From an uncultured Actinomycetes bacterium (lineage in GTDB: Bacteria; Actinomycetota; Thermoleophilia; UBA2241), in the NCBI GenBank assembly GCA_963751565.1, contig CAVVVA010000013.1, forward strand, positions 28,902 to 92,901: a DNA stretch of 64,000 nt, written 5' to 3'. Below the pieces are notes generated by a model. The model saw nothing but the letters and a program-made list of their open reading frames with translations. It had not been told where the DNA came from and did no database searches. Made by a program: the position numbers and the translations under genes. Within the stretch, counting starts at the first letter, position 1, and every line of letters begins with the position of its first letter. This document shows, in pieces, positions 46,261-56,051 of the stretch.

Positions 46261-46820
46261 GTCTCGGCCGACAAGTACACCTATCGCGCGCCGGCTGCCC
46301 CCACGGTCACCAACGTCAACCCAAACGGCGGCCCAATCGCCGGCAGCACCGCCGTGACCATCACCGGCACCGGCTTCAGCGGTACCCCCACGGTCCACTT
46401 CGGTGCCAACGCAGCGACCAAAGTCGAGGTGGTCTCCGCCACTGAGATCACCTGCACCAGCCCGGCCGGTGCGGCGGGCACCGTGGACGTCACCGTGACC
46501 ACCACGGCAGGCACGAGCGCAAAGGTCTCGGCCGACAAGTACACCTATCGCGCGCCGGCTGCCCCCACGGTCACCAACGTCAACCCAAACGGCGGCCCAA
46601 TCGCCGGCAGCACCGCCGTGACCATCACCGGCACCGGCTTCAGCGGTACCCCCACGGTCCACTTCGGTGCCAACGCAGCGACCAAAGTCGAGGTGGTCTC
46701 CGCCACTGAGATCACCTGCACCAGCCCGGCCGGTGCGGCGGGCACCGTGGACGTCACCGTGACCACCACGGCAGGCACGAGCGCAAAGGTCTCGGCCGAC
46801 AAGTACACCTATCGCGCGCC
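46261..46820 (+). repeat. perfect 264-bp tandem duplication (2.1 copies), each copy one IPT/TIG domain
   Basis: 46261-46524 equals 46525-46788, and a third copy starts identically at 46789-46820. The ORF track shows identical 87-aa translations for 46281..46544 and 46545..46808. Confidence 0.95.
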
Positions 46821-47054
46821 CGCTGCCAGCAAGCTGGTGGTCACGACACAGCCGGTCGGCGGGGTCAGTGGCGCCACGCTCGCCACCCAGCCGGTGGTGA
46901 AGATTGAAGACTCCGCGGGCAACGTGGTTTCGAGCAGCGCCACGATCACGGTGACCTCCTCGGCGGGCAGCACGCTGGGCGGCAGCCAGGCCGCCGGACT
47001 AGCCGCCACCGGCGGCGTGGCCACCTTCTCCAACCTCACCCTGGCGGGGCTCGT

Positions 47055-47068
47055 CAACTACCAACTAC
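47055..47068 (+). repeat. 7-bp tandem duplication CAACTAC-CAACTAC causing the frameshift
   Basis: Deleting one unit restores '...LAGLVNYTLTFAASGLKSATSSPTSVTLAIG...' and joins ORF 45769..47121 to ORF 47093..47626. Confidence 0.85.
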
Positions 47069-48470
47069 ACGCTGACCTTCGCCGCGAGCGGATTGAAGTC
47101 GGCCACCTCGAGCCCCACTAGCGTGACCCTCGCAATCGGCACTCCCTACGGCGGCGGCGTAGTCGCCTACATCCTGCAGTCCGGAGACCCTGGCTACGTG
47201 GCCGGACAAACGCACGGCTTGATCGCTGCCACGGTCGACCAAAGCACAGGAATCATATGGGCACTCCCGGCCTACCAAAGCACTGCTGTAGGAGGGACAG
47301 GTACCGCAATCGGGACCGGCTTGGCAAACACGAACGCGATCATCCTTCAGAACGGCGTCGGCACCACGTACGCAGCCGGTCTGGCAAGAGCCTACACCGG
47401 TGGCGGCTACGCCGACTGGTACCTGCCCAGCAAGGATGAACTGAATGAGCTGTACCTTAACCGAGTCGCAATCGGCATGTTTGAGTCCTGGTCGACCTCC
47501 TACTGGAGCTCCTCCGAGGCCCTTTTTGACAGCGCGTGGACTCAGGACTTCGCCAGCGGCGACCAGGGCGAGAACGGCCACTACAAGTGGGGCGTGAGCA
47601 GAGTGCGTGCTATCCGAGCTTTCTAGCCATGTATCCGTTCACCTATTGACGGGGGGCGCAGAAGGCTTACCGAATCGGCCAGGAGCCGTCGTTCTTGGCC
47701 TCCATTGAGCACAAGGTGGATAGGTAGGAGTCCGCCACCACGCTGCCGGAGGGCTTATCCATGGCTTCGTGTCGGCGCCCCGCTTGCAATCGGCAACGGC
47801 GCCATCCTGCTTGGCGTGGCCCTCATGGCGCTGACCTGGATCCTACGGCCGCGAATCTTCAAGCGCCGGCCTGAGTTGGTCGCAGACGAGGTCCGGGACG
47901 ATGCTTGAAATCACAAGGACGAACCTGCGCATGCACGCCTTCACCTTGGCGCGCTTCTTCTCAGACAGACACATCACCGTCGAGATCTGGCCGCAGAAGA
48001 AGTGGCTCATCCTCGCCGAAGCTTGATCAACTCTGCCAGCCGCGCCCAACGGCCGACGGTCGTCAGCGCCCGCCAAGCGCAGCTGAACGAGCTGAAGGGT
48101 TCGAGCGCGACCTTGGTCGCAAGCGCCGGAAGGGCCTTAGCCTCAAGGGCCGGAGGTCACCTCGCCATCTGAGTGCCTCGGCCCTTCCGCCCACGCTTGC
48201 ACGCCGCCGACCACGGGGTGCCGGCAACTCCACAATCAAAGCACGACCCCGCGGGCCCTCACAAGCGTTCGATCTCGCGGAGTGTCTGGCGGCATCGCGT
48301 CGGCAGAACCGCCTTGTGCAGCGATATCTCGGCCGTCACCGGTCTCGCACTGATGTGCGCCCGCATTACACCCGCCGACGGCGACAAGCACGTCCTCGTG
48401 TCTGCGGCCGCCCGAACGCTCAGCGACCTCTCAGCTGCTTTTCAGCGCATCCTTGGCTCAGGCGACGATA

Positions 48471-49415
<945 letters not shown>

Positions 49416-49614
49416 GTGACGCAGAGCCGGTCGTCGGCGCTGACCGTGCCGCTGAATGTGGCGGAGCCCTCGCCCCTGATTCTCAGCTCGTTTTCACCCT
49501 CTTCTCATCCGAAGTTCAAAGGCGACGGTCATGATGGGGAGGAGCAACATGCTCGTCGATGACCATGATTGCTGCGACTGCCCACGGAAAGCCACCACAG
49601 ACGAAGGGCCTGAC

Positions 49615-50052
49615 ATGACGAGTTTCACATATGCCGTGACCGTCCCTGCGAGCGTGAGCGCGGGGTCTCTCTGCCCCGACAGGCCGCTCGCCGTATCGAT
49701 GCGCCCGTCAGAGTTTGCGGCCGAGCTACTGTGGGCGACCGCGCGCGTTGCTGTGATCGCGCTGCGCGGCGAGATCGACGCCTACACGGCGCCGCGCTTC
49801 CGCGAGGCCGCCGAACGAGCGTTGCAGCGGGGCGCGAAGTCACTCGTCGTCGACCTGGGCGAGGTGGAGTTCATCGATGCAACTGGCCTGGGGGTGGCTG
49901 CGCAAGCCGCAAGGCGTCTGAGTGCGGGAGCCGTCGCAGTGGTGACTGCGCGCCGTTCGGTGGTGCACATCCTGCGCCTCGTCGGTCTCGACTACGTTCT
50001 GGAGGTCTGCGAGACGCGCGAGCAGGCGCTGCGCGCGCTGCCTGCCGACTGA
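49615..50052 (+). CDS. STAS-domain anti-sigma-factor antagonist (SpoIIAA/RsbV-like)
   Basis: 'VIALRGEIDAYTAPRFRE.........SLVVDLGEVEFIDATGLGV' followed by 'ILRLVGLD.VLEV'. The start is uncertain (49531 or 49615). Confidence 0.7.
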   Translation: MTSFTYAVTVPASVSAGSLCPDRPLAVSMRPSEFAAELLWATARVAVIALRGEIDAYTAPRFREAAERALQRGAKSLVVDLGEVEFIDATGLGVAAQAARRLSAGAVAVVTARRSVVHILRLVGLDYVLEVCETREQALRALPAD

Positions 50053-50295
50053 AGTCAGCCTCCGACACCAGTGGCGCCCACTTGCGGGGCCACCGCGCGC
50101 CGAGCGGTCCTTTGGCCCTGCAAGAAAGCGCTGGAGAGAGGCGGGAGTACCGGCATGGTGCACCGCTTCATACGACATTCTCAGCTGATGCTGACAGTAG
50201 TCTCACCGAAGAGTGACAGAGTGTGCAAGGCACCTCAGCGTGAGGCGTACCCCTTGCGCCCCGCCGCCAGGTCCCTTTGACCCGGGGACCTCTCA

Positions 50296-50331
50296 GGCCC
50301 GCCGCCTCTGGGTCCGTGGAGGTGGCGGGCC
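50296..50331. repeat. REP-like GC hairpin, copy 1
   Basis: 'ggcccgccgcctc-tgggtccgtg-gaggtggcgggcc' forms a 13-bp stem with one G-T pair. The same stem sequence recurs at 59202-59237. Confidence 0.6.
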
Positions 50332-50685
50332 GCCCACCTTTCGCAGCACCGTGCCGCGAGTGCTCCCGTTGGCATCGTGTCGGGTTGCATCCGTGGTTGG
50401 AGGAACTGGGATGAGGTCTGTTCTCCCCGCCTGAGTCGACATCGGCGGCTTTCGCAAGCAAATGCCGGGCTTGGCGGGACTCCGCAGTGGCCAGTGTCGC
50501 GAGCAGATCGGGGACTCCCTCCTCTTTTGGCTGACCCACCCATCTCTAGGTGAATCCTCAGGTCCCGCCCAGCCAATCACAACCAGCGACTCCTACACTG
50601 TTCTCGTCGTCAGCGACTCGCAGGAGGGCCGACACGCGAAGGTCGGGAGACCCCCTCGAGCGCGCCTCGTGCAAGGAGGAATCTC

Positions 50686-50916
50686 GTGAGAAAGCTGAGC
50701 TTCGCAGACGTGCGTGCCGCCGGCCTACCTGCCCACCTCCAGTCAACGTACGTGACCTACGAGTACCGGCCCCTTGGAGACGATGTCGCCGTGCGGCTCA
50801 CCACCGCTCGCAAGGCCCACGTCTGCACCACCTCACGCATGCCCGAGACTGGCTGGTTTCACAATGAGGGCTGTCCTTGTCCCTACTGCCGGGCGACAGA
50901 GGATGTCCTCCGATGA
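50686..50916 (+). CDS. hypothetical small Cys-containing protein (76 aa)
   Basis: GTG start lies 7 nt after a strong RBS AAGGAGG. C-terminal 'HNEGCPCPYC'. No family recognised. Confidence 0.45.
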   Translation: MRKLSFADVRAAGLPAHLQSTYVTYEYRPLGDDVAVRLTTARKAHVCTTSRMPETGWFHNEGCPCPYCRATEDVLR

Positions 50917-51098
50917 AGGACGAGCTCGCCCCGCCGGATGTGAAGGGCATGCGCGCAAGGCGCCGTCCCGATGCGCGCCACAGGCGGCGCCGGGCGGCCA
51001 CTGCCGCGCCCGCGCCGCCCGACGACGAACGGGAGAAGCTGGCCCTCCTTGAGTTGCTCCTCCTCGAACGGCCGGGACCTCAGCCAGACGACGGCTAG
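50913..51098 (+). CDS. hypothetical small charged protein (61 aa)
   Basis: The ATG overlaps the preceding stop (ATGA at 50913-50916). The product is Arg/Pro/Asp-rich and of low complexity, so support is weak. Confidence 0.25.
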   Translation: MKDELAPPDVKGMRARRRPDARHRRRRAATAAPAPPDDEREKLALLELLLLERPGPQPDDG

Positions 51099-51108
51099 TG
51101 AGACGTAG

Positions 51109-52062
51109 GTGAGCCGTCCGCCGGGGCGGCGCCTCATGGTCCTCGTGATCTTCGTCGCGATGGCCGCCTCTGTGGTCTTCTTGGCAGTCTCCGCTGCGCG
51201 GCCACGCGAGCACAGCGCGCGGCCACCGCGCCCGGCAAGCAGCAGCTCGGCTGTCCGCCCGCGAGTCCGCGCTGCAGGAACCCCACTTGCCAGCGGTGGC
51301 AGTACCCCGACGGCGGGCCGCGGCGTCGTAGCAGCCAGGACGGCGAATCAGGAACTCCGCGTCGCGCTCGCGCCGCTCCTGAAGCGGCAGACGGGCAATC
51401 TCGCCGTGGGTGTCATCGACCGCACCAGCGGTGTCAGGGCCGTCTATCACGGCGGGCGCCGGTTCCATACGGCCAGCATCGTCAAGGCCGACATCCTGGC
51501 CGCCTTGCTGCTGCAGCATCAGGAGGCCGGGTCGGCGCTCAGCGAGAATGACAAGGAACTCGCGACGCGCATGATCGAGAACAGCAACAACGATGCCGCG
51601 ACCGACCTGTGGAGCGACGTCGGCGGGGCGGCCGGCGTCGCCCAGACGAACGTGCATCTGGGTCTGCGTCACACTAGGCCGGGCGAGGGCGGCTACTGGG
51701 GTCTGACCAGCACCACAGTCACCGATCAGCTGACGCTGCTGTCCGATCTCACCTCGGCCAGCTCCCCGCTCACTGCGGCCTCCCGGTCCTACGAGCTCGG
51801 CCTGATGCGCCATGTTGAGTCCGACCAGGCATGGGGCGTCACTAAGGCCGCGACGCCGGGTACATCATCTGCGGTCAAGAACGGCTGGCTTCCCGACCCC
51901 CAGCTCTGGGTGATCAACAGCATCGGCGTGATCCATCACGCCGGGCAGGTGCTGCTGGTGGCTGTTCTCTCCGACGACCAGCCCACGGAAGCCGGCGGCA
52001 TCGCCCAGGACCAGGCCGCTGCGGTAACAGCGGTCGATGCGATCGCGGCGGCTCGCACCTAG
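51109..52062 (+). CDS. membrane-anchored serine hydrolase, class A beta-lactamase-like fold
   Basis: N-terminal TM helix. 'TASIVKADI' (SxxK), 'NSNNDAA' (SxN-like) and 'VKNGW' (K[T/S/N]G) occur in the right order and spacing. Confidence 0.65.
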   Translation: MSRPPGRRLMVLVIFVAMAASVVFLAVSAARPREHSARPPRPASSSSAVRPRVRAAGTPLASGGSTPTAGRGVVAARTANQELRVALAPLLKRQTGNLAVGVIDRTSGVRAVYHGGRRFHTASIVKADILAALLLQHQEAGSALSENDKELATRMIENSNNDAATDLWSDVGGAAGVAQTNVHLGLRHTRPGEGGYWGLTSTTVTDQLTLLSDLTSASSPLTAASRSYELGLMRHVESDQAWGVTKAATPGTSSAVKNGWLPDPQLWVINSIGVIHHAGQVLLVAVLSDDQPTEAGGIAQDQAAAVTAVDAIAAART

Positions 52063-52144
52063 AGCCATCCGGACGCGGTCGCAAGATCGGGCACCAAACT
52101 CGGTCTGACGGCGTGGAATCAATCATCTGGGGAGGTGGTCTCAC

Positions 52145-53053
52145 ATGAGAGTCGGGCAGGTTGGCTTCGGACGAGCTGGCAGACCGGTTGCATCGGTGCT
52201 ACTGGAGTCGACCACGGCTCAGCTGGAATGGGTGCTGCGCAAGTCGCGGAACCTTGAGCACAGGTCCGCAGCAGAGTTCCTCGGGATACCCGCGGACGAG
52301 CCGGGGCTCATCTATCCCGTAAGTGAGTTCTCTGCCGCCGAGCTGCTGGACCGCGCGCCCGTCGACGTAATTGTCGATTTCTCTTGCCCTGCGGGTGTCT
52401 ACTACTACGGCGAGGAAGCAAAGAAGAGGGGCATCGCAGTCATCACTGCCGTCTCACAGTATCCCGACGATACGCTTGACTACCTAAGAACGATGGCCAA
52501 GCACACGCGGGTGCTGTGTTCGCCAAACATCACCCTGGGAGTCAATTTCCTCATCATCGCGGCACAGATACTGAAGAACATCGCGCCTAACACGGACGTA
52601 GAGATAGTCGAGCAGCACTTCAAGGCCAAGCACGAGGTCTCTGGCACTGCGCAGAAGATAGCAAAGACGCTGGGGCTTCCCGAGGAGGCGATCAAGACGA
52701 TTCGCGCCGGGGGCATCATCGGTGTCCACGAGATACTGTTCGGTTTCCCCTGCGAGACCGTGAGGCTGAAACACGAATCGATCTCTCGAGAGGCTTTCGG
52801 TGCGGGCATACTGTTCGCCGCGGAGCACATGCAGGGCAAACCAGACGGCTTCTACACGATGGAGGATCTCCTCGTACCCTACTTCCGTCTGGATGCCTCA
52901 AAGACCGAGTTGGCGCAGGAACATACGAGGCCGTGGTGGAGGGTGTGGGGAGGTCGCAAGGCGCCTCGCGGCGAACCGGATGGAGGGCCCGTGTCGCCCC
53001 CAGGGTCAAATGGGAGCAGTGAGAACGACCTCGGCGGCGGAGCAGCGCGTTAG
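52145..53053 (+). CDS. DapB-like (4-hydroxy-tetrahydrodipicolinate reductase family) oxidoreductase with C-terminal extension
   Basis: 'MRVGQVGFGRAGR' Rossmann motif, 'SPNITLGVN', 'DVEIVEQHFKAKHEVSGTA' (equivalent to the E-x-HH-x-K-x-D-x-PSGTA block) and 'GG.IGVHE..F'. RBS is GGGGAGG. G+C is visibly lower, about 52-63% in hand-counted lines. Confidence 0.75.
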   Translation: MRVGQVGFGRAGRPVASVLLESTTAQLEWVLRKSRNLEHRSAAEFLGIPADEPGLIYPVSEFSAAELLDRAPVDVIVDFSCPAGVYYYGEEAKKRGIAVITAVSQYPDDTLDYLRTMAKHTRVLCSPNITLGVNFLIIAAQILKNIAPNTDVEIVEQHFKAKHEVSGTAQKIAKTLGLPEEAIKTIRAGGIIGVHEILFGFPCETVRLKHESISREAFGAGILFAAEHMQGKPDGFYTMEDLLVPYFRLDASKTELAQEHTRPWWRVWGGRKAPRGEPDGGPVSPPGSNGSSENDLGGGAAR

Positions 53054-53259
53054 GCGCCCCACTCGACCCGTTTCGGGCCATCTTGGCCAGTGCCGCTTCA
53101 AGCCCAGCCTGCTGCGGCGTTCTCTGAGGTGTGCGTGGTCGAGTGCGGAGTGCATCAGGCTGCTTCGAGACCGGCTCCAACGTCGCCCGTCGTACACCCC
53201 CTGTGCCGCGCCGCAGGCAACGGGAGTCGCCGGTGACGGCACGCTTCTTCAAAGTCAAC

Positions 53260-53287
53260 TCTCAGCCCGGTCCCATGGCCGTCTCAG
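53260..53287 (+). promoter_or_regulatory. phased direct-repeat operator (TCTCAG-N5-TCCCAT-N5-TCTCAG) with -10-like TAACCT 10 nt downstream
   Basis: Hexamers sit at 53260, 53271 and 53282 (11-bp phase). TAACCT is at 53298-53303 and GTG at 53339. The module is paralogous to 57747-57774. Confidence 0.55.
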
Positions 53288-53338
53288 GCACTAACGGTAA
53301 CCTGACACTCAGCAGAGAACCCACACAGGAGCTTTGAA

Positions 53339-53695
53339 GTGATGGACACAAACAGATCCTGGAGGAAGCTATTTGCCTGGCGACCAGGGCCAGCGGCAAC
53401 TAAAGGCAAGGTGCGAGACAGAGAGTCCCTCTCAACATACGAGCTGCGCGAGCACTGTCTGAGGCGTCTGCTCAGCCAGGGCATGCCGCTCTGGAGTGAG
53501 GAGCCAGAACACTGTGACGGCTGCGGCCGCGAGCTGCTTCTCGGCGAGCGGGCACGGCTCATGTGTCGCGACGATGAGCTTCTGCTCGCCTGTCCGCTCT
53601 GTGCGCAGCGGCTCCTCGGCAAGGGCTACCTTGCCGTCAGCGCGGATGCCCAGACCGACGCCCCCGGGCAGGGACGTCTCTCGCTCGCCGGTTGA
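53339..53695 (+). CDS. hypothetical zinc-ribbon protein
   Basis: 118 aa. 'CDGCGRELLLGERARLMCRDDELLLACPLC' gives a CxxC...CxxC arrangement. RBS is AGGAG. No family recognised. Confidence 0.4.
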   Translation: MMDTNRSWRKLFAWRPGPAATKGKVRDRESLSTYELREHCLRRLLSQGMPLWSEEPEHCDGCGRELLLGERARLMCRDDELLLACPLCAQRLLGKGYLAVSADAQTDAPGQGRLSLAG

Positions 53696-53752
53696 GGTCC
53701 GCTAGGCGATCCGCCTGCGCGCCGACTCCCAGGGGGGCCATGAAGGTGCCCG

Positions 53753-55116
53753 TTGGCGGGGTTATCGTGTGTGGCGCTGGCCGTCCTTACTGCGGTAGCC
53801 TGGCCCGCGACCGCTGCAGCCGCGACGCGGCCGGACAGCCACACGCAGCCGCTCGTCAGTACGCAGCCGCTGGTCGGTTCGCAGCCGCGCCTCGGTGAGC
53901 ACGCGCTGGTCGAAACGCCGATGACCTCGGCCAACTGGTCGGGCTACGATGCGACCGGCGGTCCCTTCACCAGCGTCACCGCGACTTGGACCCAGCCGCG
54001 CATCCGGTACGCCGGTGTGACCTCGACCGATGTCGCCTTCTGGGTCGGGCTCGACGGCGACGGCTCCGACACCGTCGAGCAGATCGGCACCGAGGGCTAC
54101 AGCGAGGGCGCCGTCGGTTAACGATGCCTGGTATGAGGTGTATCCGGCTGCTCCCGTCACGCTCGGCATGACGATCCGGCCCGGCGACCTGCTGACCGCC
54201 TCCGTGACCGAGTCGGGCGGGGCAACCTTCAACCTGGCGCTCGTCGATCACACGAGCGGTGAGTCGTTCCACACGGCATAGACGATGAGCAGCCAGCCGG
54301 CACTGGCATCAGCTGAGGTCATCGCCGGGGCGCCGCCGAGCGACGACGGCGATGTCATGCCGCTGGCCAACTTCGGCCTTGTGCGGTTCAGCGCCTGTGC
54401 CTTCAACGGCCAGCCGATCAGTGCCTTCAATTTCAACCAGATCGCCATGGTCTCCGCCAGCACGGGCGCGACCCTGGCGGCCGCTCAGGCGCTGGGGGCC
54501 GACGGCGCCAGCTTCATCGTGGCGAGCGACCTCACGGCGCCGACCACAAAGGTCTCGGGTGCCGGTGTGGCCTGGCACGACAAGCCGGTGACGCTGCACG
54601 TTCACAGCGAGCGACAACGCTGGCGGCACCGGGGTGGCCTACACCGAGTACTCGCTCGACGGCGGCGCGATCTGGACCAAGGGCCGCGCCGTCACCATCT
54701 CCGCGCCCGCCGACCACGCAAACGACGGGATCCACACCGTGTTCTACCGCTCTGCCGATAAGGCCGGCAACCTGGAGAAGACCAGAAGCTGCCAGGTGAG
54801 GATCGACACGTGCCGCCCGACACCGATCGCCAATTGGTCGGCCGCCACGATCCCAGGCGAGCGCACCGCCCTGCGCTTCTATGTGAGCGACCCGCGCCCG
54901 GGTAGCCCCACAGCGACGGTGACGATCAGGATCCGCGACGCTCGCGGCAAGCTCCTGAAGAAGACCGTGCTTGCGGCGATCAAGGTCGACCGTACCCAGA
55001 ATTACGTCTTCGTCTGCACGCTCGCCACGGGCACCTGCCGGTTCACCGTCGGGGCGACCGATGCCGCCGGCAACCCGCAGACGGCGACGGCCACCAACAC
55101 GCTGGTCGTGCGGTAG
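53753..55116 (+). pseudogene. peptidase G1 (eqolisin/scytalidoglutamic peptidase-like) with C-terminal Ig-like/OmpL47-type domains; two frameshifts plus an in-frame TAG
   Basis: It starts with a signal peptide. 'SANWSGY......FTSV.A.W..P' and 'AFWVGLDG....VEQIGTE' are in frame 2. 'DAWYEVYP' is in frame 0 and stops at TAG 54279-54281. '...SAEVIAGAP......PLANFG.V.F' continues in the same frame. 'AYTEYSLDGG.W......HTVFYRSADKAGN.E' is in frame 1. Confidence 0.7.
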
Positions 55117-55186
55117 ACAGTCCATCCAAGAACGGTCGCGCGTGGGGCTCAGTTCAGCGAGGTGCTGACGGACCAGACCGCGGTGC

Positions 55187-56029
55187 TCATGACCTGCTCG
55201 TGGATACCAAGCCCACGATGAGCGCCGCCGCTGGCGGCGCCGTCGCACAGGACCGTCCCCCCGACTCACGAGGGGCCGCGCTCTCCTGCATCGCCGGGAC
55301 GCGCGCAGGATATCCAGACAGAAAAGCGGGGGCCGGGGCGTCTTCGACAGGGCGCGCATCGCAGCTTGCCACCGTGCCGGCGTCGAGCCACAGCCGGCGT
55401 GAAGCCCTCTCGGCGACCCGGCTGTCGTGGGTCACCACGATGATGGTCTGAGCGCGCCCGCCCCAGAGCTCCTCGAGCAGGGCGACGATCTCGTCGCGCG
55501 TGTGTTCGTCGAGGTTGCCGGTCGGCTCGTCGGCTAAGATGACGCGCGGCGCGCGCACCAGCGCCCGGGCGATGGCGACGCGCTGCTGCTCGCCGCCCGA
55601 GAGCTCGACGGGGACATGGCGGACACGGTCCGCGAGGCCGACTTCGGCGAGCGCCGAGCGTGCCCGCTCGGCCCGCTCGGCGGAGGGAGTGCCGAGCGGC
55701 ACCAGGGCGGTCTCCACGTTCTCCTGGGCGCTGAGCGTGGGGATCAGGTTGAACGCCTGGAAGATGAAGCCGAACGCCTTGGCGCGCAGACTGCCGAGCT
55801 GAGCCTCGCGCATGGTGGCGAGGTCGTTGCCCTCGAAGCGCACCGCGCCCGAGGTCGGGCGGTCGAGCGCCCCCAGCATCTGCAAAAGCGTCGTCTTGCC
55901 CGACCCGGTCGAGCCCTGGATGGCCAGGAACTCGCCCTCGGCGATCGAGAGGTCGATGCCGTTTAAGGCTGCCACCTTCTTCTTTGTGCGCTCATAGCGC
56001 TTCGTGACGCCTTGTAGTTCGTAGAGCAT
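55187..56029 (-). CDS. ABC transporter ATP-binding protein (MacB/LolD-type)
   Basis: Walker A 'GSTGSGKTT', Q-loop, signature 'LSGGEQQRVAIARAL', Walker B 'ILADEPTGNLD' and H-loop 'VTHD'. It has a C-terminal extension of about 50 aa. Confidence 0.9.
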   Translation of the reverse strand: MLYELQGVTKRYERTKKKVAALNGIDLSIAEGEFLAIQGSTGSGKTTLLQMLGALDRPTSGAVRFEGNDLATMREAQLGSLRAKAFGFIFQAFNLIPTLSAQENVETALVPLGTPSAERAERARSALAEVGLADRVRHVPVELSGGEQQRVAIARALVRAPRVILADEPTGNLDEHTRDEIVALLEELWGGRAQTIIVVTHDSRVAERASRRLWLDAGTVASCDARPVEDAPAPAFLSGYPARVPAMQESAAPRESGGRSCATAPPAAALIVGLVSTSRS

Positions 56030-56051
56030 GCGTGTGTCCTTTCGTTTCGTT

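Larger units (their letters stand above)
45913..47626 (+). pseudogene. secreted IPT/TIG-repeat surface protein with C-terminal DUF1566 (Lcl-C-like) domain, split by a 7-bp duplication
   Basis: ATG 45913 follows AGGAG, and a signal peptide is present. There are three 'P.VT.V.P..G...GGT.VTI.G.GF......V.FG...A' IPT/TIG domains and one further Ig-like domain. The frame breaks at 47055-47068. ORF 47093..47626 then continues with the DUF1566 pattern 'GGYADWYLPSKDELNELY...YWSSSE...VRAIRAF'. Confidence 0.8.

Noticed and set aside
47705-48452. ORF 47705..47908 (67 aa, one hydrophobic helix), ORF 47843..48076 (-), ORF 47905..48471 and ORF 48173..48550 in the gap before the sigma gene
   Set aside because: They have no RBS and no recognisable motifs, they overlap one another, and their composition is Arg-rich. 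The segment is probably non-coding or eroded island DNA.
49416-49614. Cys-rich N-terminal extension of the STAS ORF ('DDHDCCDCPRK') as a possible zinc-binding anti-sigma (ZAS-like) element
   Set aside because: It lacks the HxxxCxxC pattern of ZAS domains. It is only about 28 aa long and depends on using the most upstream start. The evidence is insufficient, so it is noted only as start-codon uncertainty.
50551-50575. Possible attR: 'gaatcctcaggtcccgcccagcc' resembles the tRNA-Lys 3' part 'gaatcctacgcggcccacca'
   Set aside because: Only the first 7 nt match contiguously and the rest is scattered similarity in GC-rich DNA. This is not enough to call a direct repeat or an island border.
53251-53290. 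ECF-sigma promoter reading of the shared motif (AAC...CGTC: 'gtcAACtc-N-ggcCGTCtc')
   Set aside because: The distance from AAC to CGT is 20 nt in both copies, longer than the roughly 16-19 nt I recall for ECF promoters. No ECF sigma is encoded nearby. The same hexamer occurs four times at 11-bp phase at 61911-61949 without any AAC/CGT pair, so a response-regulator direct-repeat operator explains all sites better.
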